A DNA stretch of 7,293 nucleotides from Promethearchaeota archaeon. Its GTDB lineage: Archaea; Asgardarchaeota; Thorarchaeia; Thorarchaeales; Thorarchaeaceae. The DNA lies in contig JALVPN010000022.1 in NCBI GenBank assembly GCA_027031765.1, positions 1 to 7,293 on the forward strand, written 5' to 3'. Positions 1-6,209 of the stretch are shown piece by piece. Both the position numbers and the translations under genes were made by a program. The notes below the pieces were generated by a model. It did not search any database. It had not been told where the DNA came from and worked only from the letters and a program-made list of their open reading frames with translations. Numbering within the stretch: the first letter of the stretch is position 1; each line of letters opens with the position of its first letter.

Positions 1-1470
1 CTGTGCAAGAAGCGGGGCTTCTTCTGGGGCCCGTCACCAGAGATTTACGGTGGCAGTGCCGGCTTCTACGACCTCGGCCCGCTTGGGAAGCTCCTCAAGA
101 ACCGGCTTGAGGACATGATACGGCGGCGGTTCGTACGTGCCGGGTTCTGGGAGGTCGAGTGTCCAACGGTATCGCCCGCCATCGTGTGGCGTGCGTCCGG
201 TCACCTTGAGGGTTTCATCGACCCGGTCACTCAGTGTACGGACTGTGGTCAGGTCTACCGTGCTGACACGCTCATCAAAGAGCAGGCCCCTGATGCGTCC
301 GTCCAGGGCCTCTCCATGGACGAGATGTCTGCAATGATATCATCCCTGGACATCCGTTGTCCTGCGTGTCGGGGGGCCCTGGGGCCTGTCCGTGAGTACA
401 ACCTGATGCTCAAGACCCAGCTGGGCCTCGACCAGGAGGCATACATGCGCCCCGAAACAGCCACCACCACATACCTCCTGTTCAAGAGGCTCCTCACATT
501 CTTCAGGGACAAACTGCCGGTGTCCGTGTTCCAGATTGGCAAGGCCTACCGGAACGAGATCAGTCCACGGCAGGGCATGCTCCGCCTGCGCGAGTTCACA
601 CAGGTGGAGGCACAGATGTTCATCCTTGAGCGGGACGAGGCGTCATGGCCCCCCTTTGAGGCCGTCCGCGACGAGGTACTGCCACTCCTCCCACATACCA
701 TCCAGGAAACGGGCTCCGAAGAGGTCCAGCAGATGACCCTTGCAGAGGCGCTTGCAGCAGGGCACTTCCAGAAGGCCGCATACGCGTGGTGCGTGTACCT
801 TGCCCACTCGATATTCAGGGACATGGGCTTTGGTGACGGTGCCGTCCGTCTGCGTCAGCACCTCCCCACAGAGCGCGCCCACTATGCTGCCGACGCCTGG
901 GACGTGGAGGTCTATAGCCGCAGTTTCGGGTGGGTCGAGTGCTGTGGTGTCCATGACCGCGGCAACTACGACCTGGCCCGTCACCAGGAGTTCTCACGCG
1001 AACGCCTTAGCGTCAAGGTCGATGGCGAGCTCGTGGTGCCGAATGTCCTTGAGATAGCCTTCGGAGTGGAGCGGCCGCTGTTCTGTGCAATTGACAATGC
1101 ATACGTGCAGGACGAGGAACGGGTCTGGCTGAAGTTCCCGCCCCCCATCGCACCCATCCAGGTAGCGGTCTTCCCGCTCATGGGGAAACCCGAACTTGAG
1201 GGCCCCGCCAGAGAGGTCTACGAGAAGCTCGTGGACAGCGGCCTTGTCGCATACTATGACAAGGGTGGTTCGATAGGCAGGCGCTACCGCCGGCAGGACG
1301 AGGTCGGTACGCCGTTCTGCATCACCATTGACTACGACACCCTCGAAGACAACACCGTGACGGTCCGGAACCGTGATGACATGCAACAGGTGCGGGTGGG
1401 AGTAGACAGTGTGGTAGGGACGGTCGCACAACTCGTGCGTGGTGAGGTCTCGTTCGCATCACTGGGATAG
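1..1470 (+). CDS. glyS: Glycyl-tRNA synthetase, alpha2 (archaeal/eukaryotic, class II) type; 5' end lies just outside the window
   Basis: Frame 1 is open from base 1 (LCKKRGFFWGPSPEIYGGSAGFYDLGPLGKLLKNRLED) into the 115..1470 ORF. It contains GlyRS hallmarks: SGHLEGFIDP, CxxC...CxxC insertion (CTDC/CPAC), MRPETA, motif 2 QIGKAYRNEISPRQGMLRLREFTQVE, DRGNYDLARH, motif 3 FGVER, and the anticodon-binding domain SIGRRYRRQDEVGTPFCITIDYDTLEDNTVTVRNRD. Confidence 0.96.
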   Translation: MCKKRGFFWGPSPEIYGGSAGFYDLGPLGKLLKNRLEDMIRRRFVRAGFWEVECPTVSPAIVWRASGHLEGFIDPVTQCTDCGQVYRADTLIKEQAPDASVQGLSMDEMSAMISSLDIRCPACRGALGPVREYNLMLKTQLGLDQEAYMRPETATTTYLLFKRLLTFFRDKLPVSVFQIGKAYRNEISPRQGMLRLREFTQVEAQMFILERDEASWPPFEAVRDEVLPLLPHTIQETGSEEVQQMTLAEALAAGHFQKAAYAWCVYLAHSIFRDMGFGDGAVRLRQHLPTERAHYAADAWDVEVYSRSFGWVECCGVHDRGNYDLARHQEFSRERLSVKVDGELVVPNVLEIAFGVERPLFCAIDNAYVQDEERVWLKFPPPIAPIQVAVFPLMGKPELEGPAREVYEKLVDSGLVAYYDKGGSIGRRYRRQDEVGTPFCITIDYDTLEDNTVTVRNRDDMQQVRVGVDSVVGTVAQLVRGEVSFASLG

Positions 1471-1480
1471 CCCCGCTGCG

Positions 1481-1496
1481 CCGCCCCTATGGGCGG
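1481..1496 (+). terminator. Possible terminator or RNA-stability hairpin after glyS
   Basis: CCGCCC-CTAT-GGGCGG is a perfect 6-bp stem 10 nt after the glyS TAG. No U-tract follows, so the function is uncertain. Confidence 0.25.
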
Positions 1497-1643
1497 TCAC
1501 TGTCTGTGCTGCCCGTGTCTGGCATGGATCACGAGCTCGGAGCACCCTGGCGACTGTGACCCCAGCCTGCCCCACCACTCCGTGTGGTCCAGTCTGCCTG
1601 CCGCGGCGCAACAGAGATAAGGCCCGCATGCAGACACACTGAA

Positions 1644-1653
1644 GGAGAGAGGG
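1644..1653 (+). promoter_or_regulatory. Shine-Dalgarno-like site for the USP gene
   Basis: GGAGAGAGGG ends 7 nt before ATG 1661. Confidence 0.5.
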
Positions 1654-1660
1654 TTAACAG

Positions 1661-2110
1661 ATGAGCGAGCCCCCCGAGCCCGTTGAGATAAAGACGATAC
1701 TGGTCGCCGTTGATGGTTCGAAACACTCCGACAAGGCAGTCCGTTACGCATGTGCGATTGCCCCGCCGCTCGGTGCCGAGGTGATCCTGCTGCACGTCGT
1801 ACCCATGCTCGTATCGGCAACCCCCTACCACGACACGGTCAGCGACCAGCCATTCCTTGCACTCCAGAAGGTCGGAGAGGACATCCTCTCCAAGGCAAAG
1901 GCCCTTGCTGCCAGCCTCAACTGTCCTGTGACAGACCTGATTGCCCAGGGCGACCCAGCCAACACCATAATCCGCGTGGCCGAAGAGAAGGGGGCTGACA
2001 TCATAGTCATGGGCTCAAGGGGGGTCAGTGGGTTCAAGAGGCTGTTCGTGGGCTCGATAAGCGACAAGGTGGCGAACCAGGCCCCGTGTCCCGTGATGAT
2101 AGTGCGCTGA
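1661..2110 (+). CDS. uspA: Universal stress protein (UspA family, ATP-binding motif intact)
   Basis: N-terminal KTILVAVDGSKHSDKAV, ILLHVV, GDPANTII, and C-terminal DIIVMGSRGVSGFKRLFVGSISDKVANQAPCPVMIV containing G-x2-G-x9-G-S. The symbol is a family-level assignment. Confidence 0.95.
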   Translation: MSEPPEPVEIKTILVAVDGSKHSDKAVRYACAIAPPLGAEVILLHVVPMLVSATPYHDTVSDQPFLALQKVGEDILSKAKALAASLNCPVTDLIAQGDPANTIIRVAEEKGADIIVMGSRGVSGFKRLFVGSISDKVANQAPCPVMIVR

Positions 2111-3402
2111 ACACCACACCACCGGAGACGGCTGCGTCACATCTGGGTGCGGCCATTGACATCGGGACTTCAACACTGAGGGCCGCAGTGGTCGACCTGC
2201 GTTCGGCCCGCGTCCTTGCCACACGTGCTGTCCCCAACCCGCACAATGCGGTCGGGTATGATGTCGTGACGAGAGTGCAATATGCGCTCAGGGGCGAGCG
2301 GGCCGCAGCAGCACTCCGGGACAGTCTCCGTGGTGCCACGGTCGGCCTTGTCACTGGAATGGTCCGCCGGCTCGGCCTGTCACGCGACCGCGTCAGAGAG
2401 ATGGTGGTCGTCGGCAACACGGTCATGCACCACCTGTTCCTCGGGCTATCGGTCGATGGCCTTGCAGAGCACCCCTACACCCCGGAGTCACGGGGACCGG
2501 TGGATGTCTCAGGTGATGCCCTTGCCCTCGACCTGCCCGCGTGCACCTGCCACGTGCCACCTGTGGTCGACGCATTTGTTGGCCCCGACGCGCTGGCGTC
2601 GCTCATCGCCTCAAGGGGACACTGTGCTGGCGGCACCTGCCTTGTGATGGATGTGGGCGTGAACACCGAGCTCGTCCTCGTGGACGGCGACCACACGTGG
2701 ATGACCTCGGCCCCATCAGGGCCGGCCTTCGAAGGGATGTCCATCGAGTGTGGCATGCCTGCAGTACCTGGGGCTGTCTTCTCGGTGCGGGTACAGGAAG
2801 GTGGCCGCGTGGCCGTGAGGACACTGGGCAGAGTGCCACCACGTGGCCTCTGTGGCTCCGGCGCGGTCTCTGCAGTCGCCGAGGCCCTGAGGGCGGGCCT
2901 GCTCACCCGCGAGGGCTCAATCCGCCGTGACACCGTGCACCCGCTCATCGTGAGGGGTCCTGGGCCGTCCGTGTCCATCTGTCTCGTGCGCCCACATGGC
3001 GCAGCCCCGTCCCGGACGAGTCGGGGAGTGTATCTCTCACAGCAGGACATCAGGATGCTCCAGCTCTCAAAAGCAGCAGTGAGGGCTGCACTGGACACGC
3101 TCGTGGCCACTGCCGGGACAGGGAGCAGTGACATTGACAGAGTTGTACTCACGGGTGCGTTCGGCCACAGCATGGATGTCCGGGACCTCGTGGACATCGG
3201 CGTACTGCCGGCACGGCTCGCCCCGCGTGTGGTCCAGGGACGTGACTGTGCACTCCGTGGTGCCATCATGTTGCTGCTGGACAGGGACTTGCGGAGTGTA
3301 GCCTCGTCGCTGGCCTCACGTACACGCTACGTTGACCTTGAGGCATCCCAGTCGTTCGACCAGCGCCTCTCAGCAGCGCGCCTCTTCGATGTCAGTACGT
3401 GA
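2086..3402 (+). CDS. ASKHA-domain protein, DUF4445/RACo-like (ATP-dependent corrinoid reductive activator family), lacking the N-terminal [2Fe-2S] domain; start uncertain (GTG 2086 or CTG 2107)
   Basis: Ordered RACo-family motifs: GAAIDIGTST, NPHNAVGYDVVTRV, VGNTVMHHLFLG, FVGPDA, MDVGVNTE, SGPAFEG..I.CGM.A.PGA, GLCGSG, LSQQDIRMLQLSKAAVRA, VLTGAFG. Confidence 0.88.
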   Translation: MSRDDSALNTTPPETAASHLGAAIDIGTSTLRAAVVDLRSARVLATRAVPNPHNAVGYDVVTRVQYALRGERAAAALRDSLRGATVGLVTGMVRRLGLSRDRVREMVVVGNTVMHHLFLGLSVDGLAEHPYTPESRGPVDVSGDALALDLPACTCHVPPVVDAFVGPDALASLIASRGHCAGGTCLVMDVGVNTELVLVDGDHTWMTSAPSGPAFEGMSIECGMPAVPGAVFSVRVQEGGRVAVRTLGRVPPRGLCGSGAVSAVAEALRAGLLTREGSIRRDTVHPLIVRGPGPSVSICLVRPHGAAPSRTSRGVYLSQQDIRMLQLSKAAVRAALDTLVATAGTGSSDIDRVVLTGAFGHSMDVRDLVDIGVLPARLAPRVVQGRDCALRGAIMLLLDRDLRSVASSLASRTRYVDLEASQSFDQRLSAARLFDVST

Positions 3403-3850
3403 GGTCATCCGGACTGAAGACCTCGCCCCTGCGTAGCCTGGACGATGATAGCGGCCTCCCATCACGCGTCCTGACCCGGGGGACGACCACTATGTGGAAC
3501 CGCCGGAGGCCGTTCCGTTCCCTAAGCTCGTTTATTGCGAAGGCGTTCTTGACCACTGAGATCTCGTCTGACACGACCAGTGCCTCGAGGTCTGCCATCT
3601 TGTCGGCACCCCCCTCCACGGTGTCAATGGGGAACACCGTCCAGCGCCCCTCTGGGCACTCCTCCCTCAGGAAGGCCTCGACAGCCCTCCGCCTCTCCTC
3701 GTAGCTCTGGATCCGCTCTGCATCCTTCTTCCACGAGACCATCCTGTCCGTTGTCAGGCCTATCGCGACGTGCTGGCCCAGACGCAGCGCTGTACGCAGG
3801 AGGTGTCTGTGTCCTTCGTGCAGCCTGTCAAACGTCCCTGCAAAGACCAC
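3392..3850 (-). CDS. coaD: Phosphopantetheine adenylyltransferase, archaeal type (HIGH nucleotidyltransferase); true start may be CTG 3877
   Basis: (YRK)VVFAGTFDRLHEGH HxGH motif, IGLTTD, YEERR, ALVVSDE, INELRERNGL, and DGRPLSSSRLRRGE all match the archaeal/eukaryote-like PPAT pattern. Confidence 0.85.
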   Translation of the reverse strand: MVFAGTFDRLHEGHRHLLRTALRLGQHVAIGLTTDRMVSWKKDAERIQSYEERRRAVEAFLREECPEGRWTVFPIDTVEGGADKMADLEALVVSDEISVVKNAFAINELRERNGLRRFHIVVVPRVRTRDGRPLSSSRLRRGEVFSPDDLTY

Positions 3851-3872
3851 CTTGCGGTACGGCCAGCAGGAA
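3835..3872 (-). other. Predicted RNA stem-loop with GCAA (GNRA) tetraloop starting 5 nt after the peptidase UGA
   Basis: Minus strand reads UUCCUGC-U-GGCC-GU-ACC-GCAA-GGU-GGUC-UUU-GCAGGGA, giving 7 + 4 + 3 bp stems including two G-U pairs. Folded by hand. Confidence 0.4.
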
Positions 3873-3877
3873 GGCAG

Positions 3878-5872
3878 TCACTCCACGCCCCTTGTCTGCA
3901 GCAGTCCCGCCTCTTCGAGGTCTCTGACAATCTCCTCCAGCGTCTTCAGTCCGATGTCGCCGAACTGGAAGCACACCTTCTCCCAGATCTCGTCGAGGGG
4001 CGTCCAGTCACGGGCAAGGTTGAACAGCTCGTCCAGGCCTTCCATTATGTGTCGGTAGTCCTCGCGCATCTCCATGTACTTGAGCGCCTTCGCCCCCATT
4101 TTCCTGAACAGGTAGCCGGGGTTCAGGGCGTACTTGAATGTCCTCCTGACCTCCAGGCCTGACTCGCGTGTGAGCCGTTTGAAGATGTCCTCCTCTTTTG
4201 CCTCCAGCCCGACCTCAGCGCACGCCCCCTCGTATGCCTTCCTTGCAATGAGCATTGATGCTGAGTACGACATCTCAAGGGCGGCCGCCAGCGCGTCCTT
4301 CAGTCTCTCCTGTTCTGCAATCAGGTGCCATTCCTCACCTGCCCTCCGGAGGGTCGCAGTACCAAGTTCGTGGGCGTACTTCAGTTGTCGCAGGAGTCTT
4401 GAGTACTGCTCGTCGGGGTCGCCCTCACACCTCGCGAGTCGGCGTACCCCCCTGATGAGCACCTCTTCGAGTAGCTCCTGTGCCTCAGCCCTGCAGTCAT
4501 TGAGCACGAGCTCCTTGCAGGTGTGGCGCGGCATCGTGAGTGACAGTGTGCTCAACACGGCGACGCGTGTGGCGAGTGCCAGTTGTCCCGGGTCGAGCTT
4601 GTCCACAGTGTCCTCTGACGTGTGATAGAACTTGTCAGGGTGGACATTCAGCATCACCGCTGGCACGCCGACAGTACTGTCCGTGAACATGAAGTGGTCA
4701 CTCCCTGCTGAATAACGGGCGTACCTGCAGACCGGCGGTGCAATGCCCTCACCACGACGCGGCTCGCGGGCCACCTCCCCCTCGTTCCTGAGCCAGTACC
4801 TCACCACATTGTTGAGCGTCGTCGGGAGCGAGAACGGTGTCCTGTAGAGCCACATCGCTGAACCGGCCTTGCACGGGTCTGCACCCACCATGTCTAGGTT
4901 GACCATTGCGATGCAGCGTTGCAACAGCTCCCGTTCATTGTGGATGAACCTGATAGTCCCGAACCACTCCGGCCCCCAGAGGAAACGCACCGAGTACTCT
5001 AGGGGGCCTACAACCCCCCTCTCGATGAGTGACGACAGTGTCCGCAGGGCCTCGAGCAGGGCTGCTGACCCGGAGGCGTTGTCATTTGCTCCGGGCAACG
5101 GGTGGCAGATGTGCGCGAACAGCCACACCTCTTTCGATGGGTCCTGTCCCGGGATCAGGGCACTAAGTACCTCCATTTCCCCCTCTGTGAGTTCCGCCTG
5201 CACCCTGGCCCGTACTCTGACGGTCTTCCCATCCATGAGCCACTGACGGAGCTTCACCCCGTCCGCCTGTGCCAGAGAGAACCCGAACCTCGTGCTGTCC
5301 TTTTCATCCCCCGTGGGCCAGATGGCGTCGTACCGTCGCATGGCTGCAATCTCATCCTTGCCTGACGGTGGGACGAAGGTGAGCAGCCCCACTGCACCGT
5401 GCTCGACACATGCCATCCTGTGGACGTGCCGTGCGCGGGCCTCACACAGTACGACCTTCCCCTCCACATCGAGTCCGTCGTAGTCCTCGGGTCGTGTCCC
5501 CTTCCCGACGTACACCACTTCGGCCTCGACATCAACGGATGTGGAGTGGGCAACAAGGCTGATGGGCTCCGCGGTGTAGTCCGCCAGCAGTCCCTTCTCC
5601 GGTTCCAGTAACTCGAGGGTCCCAGCCGTGGCCCGCCATGCATACGGTGCCGTCCACGTCTCAATGGTGTCCTTGCCATCTGCGGGGTACCTGAACACCT
5701 CGCACTGGGCCCCGGACACCAGACCGGCCTCACGTCGGACGTACTCTATCGCATCGTGGATCCCAGCTGTCGCCTGTATCCTGTGGTGCTGCGATATTGC
5801 CGCCGCATAGCTCTTTGCCCGGACACCGGACACGGTCTCGCGCACCCGTCTGACCATTTCTTCGCGTAGCAT
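3878..5872 (-). CDS. M28-family metallopeptidase/hydrolase with PA domain (DUF4910-like), long helical C-terminal region and terminal winged-helix-like segment
   Basis: PA domain VEAEVVYVGKG...DYDGLDVEGKVVL. Metal-site motifs FAHICHP, GANDNASG, WGPEWFGT, NLDMVG, GSDH, FYHTSEDT. C-terminal ELFNL...TPLDEI...LEEAGLL. SD-like GAGGG at 5880-5876. Confidence 0.85.
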   Translation of the reverse strand: MLREEMVRRVRETVSGVRAKSYAAAISQHHRIQATAGIHDAIEYVRREAGLVSGAQCEVFRYPADGKDTIETWTAPYAWRATAGTLELLEPEKGLLADYTAEPISLVAHSTSVDVEAEVVYVGKGTRPEDYDGLDVEGKVVLCEARARHVHRMACVEHGAVGLLTFVPPSGKDEIAAMRRYDAIWPTGDEKDSTRFGFSLAQADGVKLRQWLMDGKTVRVRARVQAELTEGEMEVLSALIPGQDPSKEVWLFAHICHPLPGANDNASGSAALLEALRTLSSLIERGVVGPLEYSVRFLWGPEWFGTIRFIHNERELLQRCIAMVNLDMVGADPCKAGSAMWLYRTPFSLPTTLNNVVRYWLRNEGEVAREPRRGEGIAPPVCRYARYSAGSDHFMFTDSTVGVPAVMLNVHPDKFYHTSEDTVDKLDPGQLALATRVAVLSTLSLTMPRHTCKELVLNDCRAEAQELLEEVLIRGVRRLARCEGDPDEQYSRLLRQLKYAHELGTATLRRAGEEWHLIAEQERLKDALAAALEMSYSASMLIARKAYEGACAEVGLEAKEEDIFKRLTRESGLEVRRTFKYALNPGYLFRKMGAKALKYMEMREDYRHIMEGLDELFNLARDWTPLDEIWEKVCFQFGDIGLKTLEEIVRDLEEAGLLQTRGVE

Positions 5873-5901
5873 CTTCCCTCAACGCTGCATGAGCGGTCCC
5901 C

Positions 5902-5916
5902 TACATAAGTACTATA
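5902..5916 (-). promoter_or_regulatory. Candidate TATA region for the peptidase-coaD transcript
   Basis: AT-rich island TATAGTACTTATGTA in a GC-rich background, 30-44 nt upstream of ATG 5872. Confidence 0.4.
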
Positions 5917-6209
5917 CTGATTGACCGTTTCCCCACAGCCCCCGGGTCGTCGGCGTACCACGGCAATGTCCACATACAATGGCTGTAGTACTTGGCCTGC
6001 CCACCAGACAGTACAGGCCGGTCACGTCCGGTCTCCGCTCTCTCGTGCCCCCCAGCCCCGACCGTAACGCCCACCCTCGTCGGTGACGGGTGCACCGGAC
6101 TGCCATGGTGGTTGGGGCACCACCCTCCCCACGGTCGATGCCATACCGGGCCACGTGAGGTCCACTGGAGGGCCGTGGTGGACGTACGGGTGGGCCCCAT
6201 GAACAGGGA

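Noticed and set aside
137-1431. Several alternate-frame and antisense ORFs inside glyS (e.g. 994..1431, 643..984, 740..1057)
   Set aside because: Fully overlapped by a highly conserved gene and show no recognisable protein features.
1565-1577. GCCTGCCCCACCA resembling GCCTGCCCACCA near 5996-6006 in the other spacer
   Set aside because: Too short and GC-rich to distinguish from chance. No larger repeat or terminal inverted repeat surrounds it.
1714-1727. GGTTCGAA, a tRNA T-loop-like string
   Set aside because: It lies in the USP coding sequence (D-G-S-K) with no cloverleaf around it.
1439-1831. ORFs 1439..1642, 1497..1820 and 1529..1831 spanning the glyS-USP spacer
   Set aside because: They overlap real genes, are low-complexity, and have no SD or motif support.
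1999-2110. -1 frameshift fusing USP to the ASKHA protein (ASKHA frame is open from 1999)
   Set aside because: There is no canonical X XXY YYZ slippery heptamer, only a G-run near 2018-2023, and shifting there would cut off the conserved USP C-terminus.
2475-3269. 264-aa minus-strand ORF
   Set aside because: Antisense shadow of the ASKHA gene. Ser/Thr/Pro/Arg-rich with no motifs, as expected in high-GC DNA.
3878-3880. Selenocysteine insertion at the peptidase-coaD UGA
   Set aside because: The UGA falls in an inter-domain linker rather than at a conserved catalytic Cys position. Known archaeal SECIS elements are in UTRs with different motifs. The hairpin is kept only as a generic readthrough or re-initiation candidate.
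3399-5810. Plus-strand ORFs opposite coaD and the peptidase (e.g. 3770..4162, 4134..4625, 4869..5246)
   Set aside because: Antisense shadows of well-supported minus-strand genes.
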